From assembly GCA_010356995.1 (NCBI GenBank), contig ML996705.1:62001-126000 (forward strand): a DNA stretch of 64,000 nucleotides. Direction: 5' to 3'. A program made the position numbers and the translations under genes. The DNA comes from Trichodelitschia bisporula. Lineage: Eukaryota. Each line of letters begins with the position of its first letter. The stretch's first letter is position 1. This document shows positions 1-11,000 of the stretch, in pieces. The notes under the pieces are model-generated. The model was given only the letters and a program-made list of their open reading frames with translations, did not search any database and was not told where the DNA came from.

Positions 1-251
1 GTATTCGCGAATCACGGAGGAAGTTGTCGACCTCGTCGGCATTTATCTCAGTCTCCGCACCAAAGGTCGGTGCTGTAGCGGCCTTTGACAGAGGTTCTGC
101 GCTCGTCAATTACTGTCTCTCAGAACCCAAATGTAAACTTACTTGGGGTACTGCAGATGTGGTCGGCGAGGCTAGCAATCTCAATCTCGTCGCCGCAAGT
201 CGAGCACTTGATGGACGGCAGCATGCTGGATGCGCGCAGAGTACCCGCCAT
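1..251 (-). CDS. 5' end (partial) of a probable paxillin-like LIM-domain protein (Pxl1-like); gene continues beyond window start
   Basis: ATG at 251 gives MAGTLRASSMLPSIKCSTCGDEIEIASLADHICSTP. GTAAGT intron 142..97, then exon 2 stays open to position 1. The LPxIKCSxCGxxIEIxxxxDHIC motif resembles the N-terminus of filamentous-fungal paxillin-like proteins. The LIM domains are not in the window. Confidence 0.65.
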
Positions 252-2639
252 CACTGCCGATGCCAGACTCGGAGGGTAGTTATCAGAGCGTCATGAATGC
301 GGTTTCAATGCCTCAGCAGGCGACCAGGCGGTAAGCAGCGGAGATTTGGTACAGCGGATAGAGTGGTGAGTGGGCAAATCGGGTCAAATGGTAAGATCTT
401 GGATGGGAGCTGTGAATGGCTGGTTAGAGAAATGAGGTTACAGGGCAGCTCTTGGAACTGCCCTATCCGGTTGTCAACCACGCACCTGTTGTAGTGTACA
501 AGAGACAAGTATTAGGAAGCTAGAGGCAGAAGACACCAAAAGACCAAAAGACCAAAAGATGACGACGAGAACAAGATGAAGATAGAGGGAGAGAAGGAGT
601 GCACAAACAGATGGAGTCGCAGGTAGTTCCGGAGGGATTGTAGCTAGAGGTTCTGTGGCTTTCATCTCTCCCACCTGCTAGCCACCTGGACCCTGTGTGC
701 ATCTAAACTTCGATTGGTTTAGCGCGTGGGTGTCGGTTGCGCGAGTTGCTTGGGGTAAGAGGAACAGGGGTGTGCACGGGCGGGTACCTGGGATACTAGT
801 CCGAAAGCAGGAAAGCCATATGCATTTGGCACGGGAAAAGCTGAGGGACTGTGCGTCGGAGAGACGAGACGGGGGTGAAGAGTCGATACGAGACGAGTCG
901 AAGCGACAGAGATAGACTCCACATCACTTTCTCTGAAGGAGACTAGAAATCCGGGGAAACAAGCGCTTTGATATCCCGGGAAAATGCAGATGATGCGCAG
1001 CATGCATCTTTGTGCAAACCGTTGATGCAAAAGAAACCAATGCTCAAGAATCGCCCGCCTCAACCTGCCCTACAGTAACCTTCCATTCCACTGATCGAGA
1101 AGATCTGTTGTTGTCGTCGTTCTCCTGTCTTGCGGAGCATTTCAAATCCCCAATCAGCTACGCCGACGCCCCTGATCTACGCCCATTCTTTCCTTTCCAA
1201 TACTTCACCTTCCCCACTGTCTCACGGCACGGCCGACGCCCGACGCCTCTCAGCGGCGCCTCTTTTCTCTTCAAGGCTTCAGGGCTCTTCACGCACACCA
1301 TCAACCCTTCATTCCACGAGCAACCCCACGGAAGAAACATTGCGCCGTACACGATGCTATGGTTGGTGCGTCATGATCTCACAATCCTTTCGCAAGGACA
1401 AGCGGCTTACAACTCACACATCGCGTGCTCCAAACCCACGGGCTTGAGGCGCCTCACGCAACGTCTCGAGTTCCAGGTCGTAAGTGATAGCAATGCTAGG
1501 CATTTTTGCATTGATTCGGCTGCCGCAGCCCACTCCTCCACAGTCTGCCTCTTCTTATCCGCCGGGTTTAGTCACGAGCCCGGAACTCCCCCCGTCGCCG
1601 CCGGCCATCATGGCCATCGTCGTACGGATCTCCGTACACGGTCATCGGTCCAGGGCATGGCCCAGATCACCGTTCGTGTGACACGAGCGCAAGCCCGGCG
1701 CGACCTGCGACTTCGATTTACCCCCACCATCGCCAGTCGTCAACCCTTCAATCGCCCGCCGATGCCTTGCTTGCGACATCCCGATCTTCGACGAAGCGAG
1801 ATCGCGTAACGGAAAGAAAAAGCAAATCCGTGGCCAACTCACTCGCCTGCATCAATGGCTTGAGGAATGCAGCGGGCAGGCCTCGGCGTATCGATCAGCT
1901 GGATTGTCCGGACCACACCGGAACGTCACTTCTAGCCTATTTCTAGCTGCATGCTAAAGACGTCTTCCTGCGACGACATCTCACTCCCTTGCTCGTTTCT
2001 GCTAACTTTTCCCCGCTCCCCTCACTTCCCCAGTTCAGCAAGCGGCCAGCAGCCAGCTTCCAGTCAGGCCAGCATCTCTGCAGCATCGTTGTCCTATGCA
2101 AGTATGAGTAACCGCGTGGCCAACAGCATGGCGAGCTGTTGAACGGTAGACATGCTACCAGAATGCCGGACTTAAGCATACAGTATATCCACCAATATCG
2201 CCCACAGACATCGCACATAGCAATCTTCAACCCCTCATCGACATGCAATGCCCGCATCGCAGTGGCGATCCTTGACGCGTGTTGAGCTGGCATATGCAGC
2301 GTCTGGGCTCAGCTTCCACTTTAGCTCAAGCTATCCGGCCTCGTGCCGTTCATAGCGCAGAGTATTCTCTCGAGCAAAGTCAACATTCCGGCCGATACTC
2401 CAGTATATGCTTTAGCCACCCGCCGTTGCCGCAAAGTCCGAGTCAAGAGATACCGGCTGCCGGGCTCCACGCAATTTCTTTGCTGGTTAGTATGCAGGAC
2501 CTGAAGGCTTCCCTTTCCGGTGGGACCTTGCGATAGCTTGGCGGGGAGTATGTAGTATAGACGGTGATATCTTTTTTGCGTATGGTCTCACTCAGGGGGG
2601 CTTCCTACGTAGACGGCGATTATGAGTTTAACTGCGTAG

Positions 2640-2715
2640 TTGTCTTACTTTTTCGTGTGGATTTGGATGATGGAGAGTTCTCCATAATCCAAATCCACAC
2701 GAACAAGTGAAACAA
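2640..2715. repeat. Near-perfect inverted repeat / hairpin
   Basis: 2652-2676 (ttcgtgtggatttggatgatggaga) pairs with 2679-2703 (tctccataatccaaatccacacgaa) with 1 mismatch. Imperfect pairing extends about 12 bp further out. Confidence 0.9.
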
Positions 2716-3682
2716 CTACACAGATAAACCCATAATCGCCTCATTCACCTCCGACGGTTCCACCTCATCGCCGTCCACTGCTAATGCCCCTGCACTCATA
2801 GTTGCTGCCAACCTGGTTGCCGATGGAACGGGCAACCTTGTCTGCATTGCGCTGAGATGAAGAATATGAGAAGTGCCATTGGCGCGGTTCGGACAGCCCG
2901 ATAGCCGGAACCGGGGAAATGGCGATAGATGACAGTGGTGGACGTCGAGCGTTGGGAATCGGTTGCAGAGTGCGTCGTAAACAAAGGCCAGCAAAGGTCA
3001 GCAGTGATGAAACCGTAGCAACCGACGACGTCCGGAAATTGAAGCGGGTGGAGACGGCAGAGTATATATCCGCACACAGAGGAAGGCCTCGAACCGCAAG
3101 AGCCGAGCTCCACTGCCTGGCTATTGAATCTCCGTGCCGTCTCCGCTTTTATTCCGCACGCCGCTCGAAAAACTCGCACGAGAGTACGCGCTTCTTGCCG
3201 TCTCTTTCTGCGGTCTGATTAATGGTGTCTGCCCAACGCGTCTGCACGTCGAATCCCGTCGTCTCGCGCCACTGGCCAGGTTACGCTAGCGGTTCAGCGT
3301 CCAGCATGCCGTAAGTTCGCAAGCCTCGCATCCTCGCAAACTTTGATCCTCTGTGTCCGACTGGTCCGGTAACCATGGCGGTCACTGAAATGCCGGCCGA
3401 GTGGGGCTCATGCCATTGGATGCGGGGTGGGGACTGGTGGGGTTCACGCCTGCAAGGTCTATCCAAGCTTATCGATAAGCAGCAGGCTGGCCTTTCCTGC
3501 ATCTTCACTGTACCACAGAAGGACTGGTACCCTGTCGCACGCCGTGCAGTGCCTGTACTAGCGTCCGAGCGCGGCCGACCGACGACGAAGGTCATCACGA
3601 GGAACCAGAACTTCGCTTCTCACTGCAGTAGCTCGCTCGACAGTCTCCACACTCACCACCACCACCACAACCCGTCCGCCCG

Positions 3683-3688
3683 TATAAA
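3683..3688 (+). promoter_or_regulatory. TATA box of INO1
   Basis: TATAAA about 330 nt upstream of the INO1 ATG, followed by a pyrimidine-rich leader. Confidence 0.6.
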
Positions 3689-3831
3689 GCTCCAGACCGC
3701 CGTTCCCGAGATCCTTCTGTCCCGTATCCGCCACTTCACCAGATTTTTGCCCTTCAACCGCATCTCACTACCGGCACTCCCCAACCTTCGACCTTATCTC
3801 ACTTCACTTGGGCCATTGCCCGGATCCCAAG

Positions 3832-3971
3832 ACGTTCTCCAATCTCCTTGTCTCGTAAGTTGCCATTGCTGTTGCAGAGGATGTTTCTAACCGTTCAGTA
3901 CGCATCACCCGTTCGCCGGCCGTCGCTCTTGCCCTTCAGGTGGAGCCTCGGAAGCTTTAAGAGCCCAGTAA
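3832..3971 (+). CDS. Spliced, ACG-initiated upstream ORF (31 aa) in the INO1 5' leader; candidate regulatory peptide
   Basis: caag-ACG at 3832. Intron 3855..3898 (GTAAGT...CTAAC...CAG). The spliced frame reads (M)FSNLLVSTHHPFAGRRSCPSGGASEALRAQ* and ends TAA 3969-3971. Confidence 0.7.
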
Positions 3972-4016
3972 AGAAGTCTCCCAGACACCAAACAACCAAC
4001 CCCCTCAATCCACACC

Positions 4017-5655
4017 ATGGCCCCTCACGCGGATGACAACGGTTTCTCTGCCAGCGCCTCGAGCGCCGCCAATGCCGACCTGTTCATCGTCGACTCGCCC
4101 AATGTCGTTTACACCGACGACGAGATCAAGACCAAGTACACGTACCGTACCACGGACGTGAAGCGGGATGCCTCCGGCAGGTTCGTTGCTAAGCCCAAGG
4201 AGACTCTCTATGACTTCAAGGTCGACCGCAAGGTCGGCAAGGTCGGCATGATGCTTGTCGGCTGGGGCGGCAACAACGGCACCACTGTCACCGCCGGCAT
4301 CATCGCCAACCGCCGCGGCCTCGTCTGGGAGACTAAGACGGGCAAGCACGAGCCCAACTACTACGGCTCTGTGCTCATGGGCTCCACCGTCAAGCTCGGC
4401 ACTGAGGTCGAGACGGGCAAGGATGTCAACATCCCTTTCAACCAGCTGCTCCCGATGGTGCACCCCAACGACCTCACCATTGGCGGCTGGGACATCAGCG
4501 GTCTGAACCTCGCAGAATCGATGGACCGTGCGTGCGTGCTCGAGCCGACCCTCAAGAACCTAGTGCGCAAGGAGATGGCTTCCCTCAAGCCGCTTCCCAG
4601 CATCTACTACCCCGACTTCATCGCCGCTAACCAGGAGGACCGCGCGGACAACCTGATTGCAGGCTCCAAGGCCAGCTGGGAGCATGTGGAGCAGATCCGC
4701 AAGGACATCCGCGAGTTCAAGGCGGACAACGCCCTCGACAAGGTCATCGTCCTCTGGACGGCCAACACCGAGCGTTACGCCGACATCATCGAGGGCGTCA
4801 ACGACACCGCCGAGAACCTGCTGCAGGCGATCAAGGCCGGTCATGAGGAGGTGTCCCCGTCGACCGTCTTTGCTGTTGCCTCGGTCCTTGAGGGCGCGCC
4901 CTTCATCAACGGCTCGCCGCAGAACACCTTCGTTCCCGGCGCCATCCAGCTCGCCGAGCAGCACAATTCCTTCATTGGCGGTGACGACTTCAAGTCGGGC
5001 CAGACGAAGATGAAGTCGGCTCTTGTCGACTTCCTGATCAGCGCCGGCATCAAGCTGACGTCGATTGCCAGCTACAACCATTTGGGGAACAACGACGGCA
5101 AGAACCTGAGCTCGCACAAGCAGTTCCGCTCCAAGGAGATCAGCAAGTCCAACGTCGTCGACGACATGGTGGCCGCCAACTCAGTGCTGTACAAGGAGGG
5201 CGAGCACCCCGATCACTGCGTTGTCATCAAGTACATGCCGGGTGTCGGTGACGACAAGCGTGCTCTTGACGAGTACTACGCTGAGATCTTCATGGGCGGT
5301 CACCAGACCATCAGCATCTTCAACGTGTGCGAGGACTCGCTGCTGGCGGCGCCGCTCATCATCGACCTGGTCCTGACGACCGAGATGATGACCCGCATTC
5401 AGTGGAAGGCTGGCGCCGAGGCGGACTACACCCACTTCCACAGCGTGCTGAGCGTGTTGAGCTTCATGCTCAAGGTGCGTTTATCACTCTTTTTCTGGTC
5501 TTCTAATGCTGACATATCAGGCTCCCCTCACGCCTCCTGGCACTCCCGTTGTCAACGCCCTGGCCAAGCAGCGCGCTGCGCTGACCAACATCTTCCGCGC
5601 GTGCGTTGGTCTTGAGCCGGAGTCGGACATGACTCTTGAGCACAAGCTCTTTTAG
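4017..5655 (+). CDS. INO1: myo-inositol-1-phosphate (inositol-3-phosphate) synthase
   Basis: Motifs [37 protein letters not shown]. Intron 5475..5520 restores the C-terminus [15 protein letters not shown]...LEHKLF*. Confidence 0.98.
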
Positions 5656-6018
5656 GTAACACTGAAGAGCACGGCTGGGTATGACAACATGTCCGGCGCC
5701 GTGTGAGTGGTGAATGTCAGGGTGGCATACCAACATGCCGAGGATTTCCTTGATAGTTATCTTAGCGATTTACGATTGCGTCAATATCAGATTGTTTTGG
5801 ATATTTTTCTACCGCAAGACTTGAATTCGGTGGTGGGGTTGACGTTCGTTGAGATGTGCGTGTACCCCGCTTTTGTCAGAGAGGGAAGGCACGATGGGCG
5901 CGATGATGTCTCTCTCTACGTTCATTTTTTCTCTTCGTCGTTCAGCTTTGCGCTGTCAATTCATCATATCTTCTCCAATCGTTGATTTTATCACGGTGCA
6001 TTGAAGTCTAGCATCACC

Positions 6019-7717
6019 ATGGCGCAAAACGGTTCGATCATGTCCTACTTCCCCAAAACGCCCAAGAAGACCCCGTCCTCTCCTCTACCGGGCGATGGGT
6101 TCACGTCCGCCGAGATTGCGAGAGTCACAGACCCAACCTCTGTGCCATGGGAGCCGCCGCAGCCTTACAGCGAGGTCTCTATCGATAAAATCACACCGGG
6201 TCCGCGTTGCATCTCTTTCACGGGCCGTGTCGCTAATCTTTACGAAACAACCACCAGCTCTAAGAACCCGCAGGCAGCAAAGGGGTTTCTACGGATCGTC
6301 GTCAAAGACACAAGCGGCACCATCATGGTGAAGCTCTGGTATACCAAAACCAAGTACGCCCTGCGGTTGGGGCAGCTGGTGCGGGTGTGGACGTACCATG
6401 TCAGTTTCGGAGACAAGAAGGGCCCCGCCGGGGAGGGTCTGTTCACGAGCATATTCCCGGAGACGGACCGGGCGTGCTGGTTTGAGGTTATTGAAGGGTG
6501 TGAAGAGGAGGCGAGGACGCCGCTGGGGTGGAAGAGGCGTGGGGTGTGGCTTATGACGTTGAAGGACTTTGTGAGTGTTGGGTGTGATGTGCCTGATGCG
6601 AGGGTGCTGGTTTGTGTGAAGAGCGTTGGACCGAAGAAGAAGAGTATTTTTGTCCTGCGCCGTTTTGCGGGATGGGTTGCTGATGGGTATAGCGACGAAC
6701 AAGAACGGCGTCTCGAGCGAAATGGTCACGGTCAATGTCTTTGATCATACGGGAGAAGCGAGCCTTACCGTGTGGAATGTTATCACGGCCTCGGCGGCGG
6801 AATGGACTCCTTCAGAAACGGTCCTGCTCCTTTCCAACCCGAGCCTGCGAGTCGACAAATACACACGTCTGTCGCTGAGCGCGCGCTCACTCGTGGATGT
6901 CGATCCTGCTATCCCGGATGCCGACTGGCTGCGCAAGTACGCGAAGCGTGCTATTAGGCGGGAGCATGTGAACCCGCCGTGGCCGGAGGGTGGTAAGTTG
7001 ATCCCCTTTACTCTGGGAGGTGCTGATGGGGGAGTCTTTGATCTGGAGGCTGCGGCGAATTCGCAGAATCGGGTGCTCTTTTCGTTTGCATTTTTAGATG
7101 AGTTGTGAGTGTGTTCATATGAGCTGACTTTTACTGATCGATGACAGCGCGCGTGTTGCGCCAAAGGGTGTGTGGAGGCAGCTTGAGGAGTGGGACTGAC
7201 AGGTATAGAGAAGTTTACTGGATATCTCAGTGTGATTATCATGGAGCTGAGGATATCGGAGCTCTATCGCCGGGAACGCCTCATGTGCAATGAGTGGTAT
7301 GCTGCCTTACCCCTATCCGGACTGACTAACTCGGCAGCTGCGGCATCCCACTCTTCGCCAACGCGCCAACCCTGATGTGCAGGAACTGCGAGAAACCAGT
7401 TGCGTTGCGGATGAATCCCAAGATTGTACGTCTCCCCCCGCCCCTTTACTCCGAGAATACGCCGCTCACACTAATAGATCGGTCAAGTCATCGACGAAAC
7501 GGGCTGCGCGGGCCCAGGTAAGCTCCTGCTGTCAGAGAAGGCATGGGAGCAGCTCCTCGGACGGACAGCAGCGGAGTTCGTGCGCCTCGATGCCGCGAAT
7601 TTGAGGTTCATCGAGCAGCGTCTGCTGTTCTTAAGGGTGACGATGCGGTTTGCGTGGGCGGCGGAGGAGGGCGAGGGGGGTGTGGGAAGGGTGTGGATTT
7701 GGGGGGTTGAGCCGTGA
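6019..7717 (+). CDS. MEIOB-like (RPA1 paralog) meiosis-type ssDNA-binding OB-fold protein
   Basis: Spliced model with introns 6644-6692, 6993-7034, 7105-7147, 7168-7208, 7297-7337, 7426-7477. Contains VLVCVKSVG...VFDHTGEASLTVW...WTPSETV...DPAIPDA and a C-terminal OB fold with zinc ligands CC...CRNC and IDETG...WEQLLGRTAAEF. These match my recollection of MEIOB motifs. Confidence 0.75.
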
Positions 7718-8063
7718 GCGAGGAGCTTGAGAGGCTGGGATGGTTTCAGCCTTGTTGAAATGTGGGAGTCGGATCTGGGTGCTCGTGTTGGCCCGACGAG
7801 GCTAGTATATTTGCCTACTCATGTGTTTGAAGCGAATATAAGCTGTTTTCTTCGGTTCTGCGTCTTCATGTCCTCGGTCTTCTCGTTTCGCCTTTCGGGA
7901 TGACAACATGCTGCACTGAGTGTGGGATAGGAAGGAGGGGATGCAGTGCTTTTGATTAAGTGATTCTAGCTACGTGCCGGACAGGCGTAAAACAATGCAT
8001 GTTGCTGTGTGAATATTGTACTCTCTCGCGCCCCTGCGCTTCACTCCTACCCCTCACCACCCA

Positions 8064-11000
8064 TCACCCCTCAACCTCAAACTCCGCCTTCCTCCCCCCC
8101 ATAAGCGCCAAAACCTCCCCCGGCGGCCCCACCGTAACCACCTTCCCATTATCCAAAAGCACAACCGCATCCGCCTCCCTAATCGTATCGAGGCGATGCG
8201 CCACAGTAACCACCGTATTCCCCCTAAACTCCTCCTTAATAACCTTCTGAATCCGGCCCTCAGTCTCAAGATCCATATTACTAGTCGCTTCGTCCAGGAC
8301 CAGCACACACCGTCCCCCCATCGCCCGTTTCCGCAGTAAAGCCCTCGCCATAGCCAGGAGCTGCTGCTCGCCATGACTCAGCGCATCGGGCTTAATCGCC
8401 TCGCCCTCAGCGTACCGCGTCTGCAAATCACCCAGCCCGACCGCGGCGAGCACTTCGCCGTACGCAGCGGGCGAACTCAGGCCATTCGGATCTAGATTGA
8501 ACGCTAGCGTCGCCTCGAATACCAGCGCGTCCTGCGGCAGGCAGATCAAGCGATCGCGCACCGTCTGCCGCGGCACAGTTGCTAGGTCGATCCCGTCGAT
8601 GAGGATGGCGCCGGAGGTGGGGTCGATGAGGCGCATGAGTGAGGCGAGGAGCGTGGATTTTCCGCTCCCCGTGCGCCCGCAGATGCCGATTTTCATACCC
8701 GCCTCCAGCGCGAAGGATACGCCGCGCAGCGCGGGCGTCCCGTCGGCGTACGCGAAGCCGAGGTCTTTGACGCTCAGCGCGCCGACGGGCCATTCCGGCC
8801 CGGGGTCGATGGGGTGTTCGGGCTCGGGCTCGGCGGGGGTGTGTTTTTCGAAGGCTTGCGTGCGGGCGACGCTGCCGAGGGAGGTTTCGGCTTCGGTCCA
8901 GGCTTGGATGAGCATGGTGAGGGCGAGGTTGAAGCCGAGGACGGAGGAGAGGGCGACACCGAGCGCCCCCGGGCTACTGTGGGTTGGGACGCAGAGCGCG
9001 AGGGCGACGAGGAGGACTGCGACGCCGGCGACGAGTAGGCCGAGGACGAGGGAGAGCCAGCGCTGGATGCAGTAGAGGAGGAAATAGGGGCGCTGGGAGT
9101 TGTTCAGGCGGCGGAGGGCGGCGGCGTCGAAGTGCGTTTGCCAGCCGAGGGCGCGGATTGTGGCGATGCCTTCTAGGGTTTCGGTGAAGTGTTGGTAGAG
9201 GGGCGTTTTGTGTTCTAGGTCTAGGAGACGGACTTGGCGGGAGGTGCGCAGGTAAAAGCGTTGGATCCAGTACAGGGCGAGGATTACGCCGGGGATGGAG
9301 ATGGCCATGAAGCTGCTGCCGGTGGCGATGAGGGCCATGGACATGATGCAGGTGGCGACTTGGAGGTAGACCATCATGCTGGACATGGGCAGGTTGAAGT
9401 CGACGAGGGTCATGTCTTGGCTGAAGCGGTTGAGCAGGATTGAGGAGTCGGTTGCTTCGAAGAAGGAGATGGGTGCTTTCATGGTTGCGCTGATGAGGAT
9501 TTGGTGCAGGTAGGATGCGGACTTGGGCAGCATGACGAGGAAGACTTCGCTGAGAAGAGTCAGTAGGGGCTTCAGTGAGGACGGGAGACTTACGCCATCG
9601 TTGCGATCTGGAACACAAAGGCGAGCACCACGAACATAGCGTAGATGCCCAGGAACTTGCCCAGCGAGGGGTTGGATACCCCCGTGTTCCACTGCAGCCA
9701 CAGTCCTGTACATTGTCAGCAGTGACCAAAAAGAGCGCGGGTTCAACATACTCTGGAAGTTGGTCGTGAATACCGTGATAGCCCCAAAGACAATGAGCAC
9801 AAGGGTGACGACAATGCCAAACGACTTCCCGTAGTATAGCCACACGCCAACATCTCCAGTCTGGCGCTTGATATTGTCGACATTCTCATCAAACATCGCC
9901 ATGTGCTCCTTCCCATCATCCTCTTCAAAGTCCTCAGGCTTCAGCGTATGTTCCGCGATAGGCGTGTCCGCGACATCCTCATCCTGCCCCTTCTTGATGT
10001 CCTCATTCTGGCTCGTCCAGTTCCCGGGCGGGCCAGTGTACGTCATGGAGCCCCTGGAATCCAGAACAACGATATTATCCGCCAAATGCAGAAAATTCGT
10101 AATATGCGTCGCCATCACCACCGTACACCCATGCCGCGCCACATACCCGTCTTTCCCAAGCAATCCCTGCGCAACATGCCTCTGCGTCTTCCGATCCAGA
10201 CTACTCAAAAAATCATCCAGCACCAGCAGCTCACACCGCGAATACAGCGCCCGCGCAAGCGCAACCCGGTGCTTCTGCCCACCGCTCAGCGTAATCCCGC
10301 GACTGCCGATGAGACTCAAGTCCTTGCGCGGCATTTGGGACAGATCGTATTCCAGCGCGCACAGGTGGATGACCGTGCGGTACCACACGCGGTCGAAGGT
10401 CCCGGCGCCGATGATGTTGTCCCGTAGTGTTGCATTGCGCAGCCAGGGCGCTTGGCCGCAGTAGCCGACGTACGGGGTCGCGATCCTGACGGTTCCGGAT
10501 TGGGGGTGTAACTCGCCGAGGAGGGTCTTTAGGAGAATGGACTTGCCGGAGCCGACGGGGCCGAGGATGACGGTTACTGAGCCCTTTTTTGCTGAGAACG
10601 AGATGGGCGTTTTCGGGCCCACGGGTACCTCAGGCTTCTTCTCGGCCTCGGACTCCGAGCCGCCCATTTCCTTTGAGATTGGTGCTTCTGATATGGCCGG
10701 CAGTTTTGTGCCTTCCGCCGCCGTGGGCTTTGTTGCATCGGTGGGACCCTTCTTCGCCTCCTTCCTGCTGAACCAAGCCTTCTTCTCGCCCTTCGTCTTT
10801 CCAGCGCCGCCCGGGAAACCAGCACCAGGAGGGAAACCAGAGAGGGTCTTTCCCGCAACCTTAGGCGGGTACGTCTTCGCCACAAGATCCACAACGGAGA
10901 GCGTCGCTGTAGGGATGTCATCCCCCGCCAAACTAGCCGACTTCTCGTTGGACGAGCCCGAGCGACGATCCTGATCCCCGGAGAACTCACGCCCATCCTG

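Noticed and set aside
536..559. (CCAAAAGA)x3 and similar micro-repeats, e.g. (GTGTGCG)x3 at about 14327
   Set aside because: Ordinary short tandem repeats with no spacers; not CRISPR-like.
1012..1809. 265-aa plus-strand ORF
   Set aside because: Non-ATG start, no recognisable domain and no coding-like codon bias; probably the upstream region of the divergent LIM-like gene.
3225..3272. tRNA-like ...TCGAATCCC...CCA ending
   Set aside because: The T-stem and acceptor stem do not pair; no cloverleaf.
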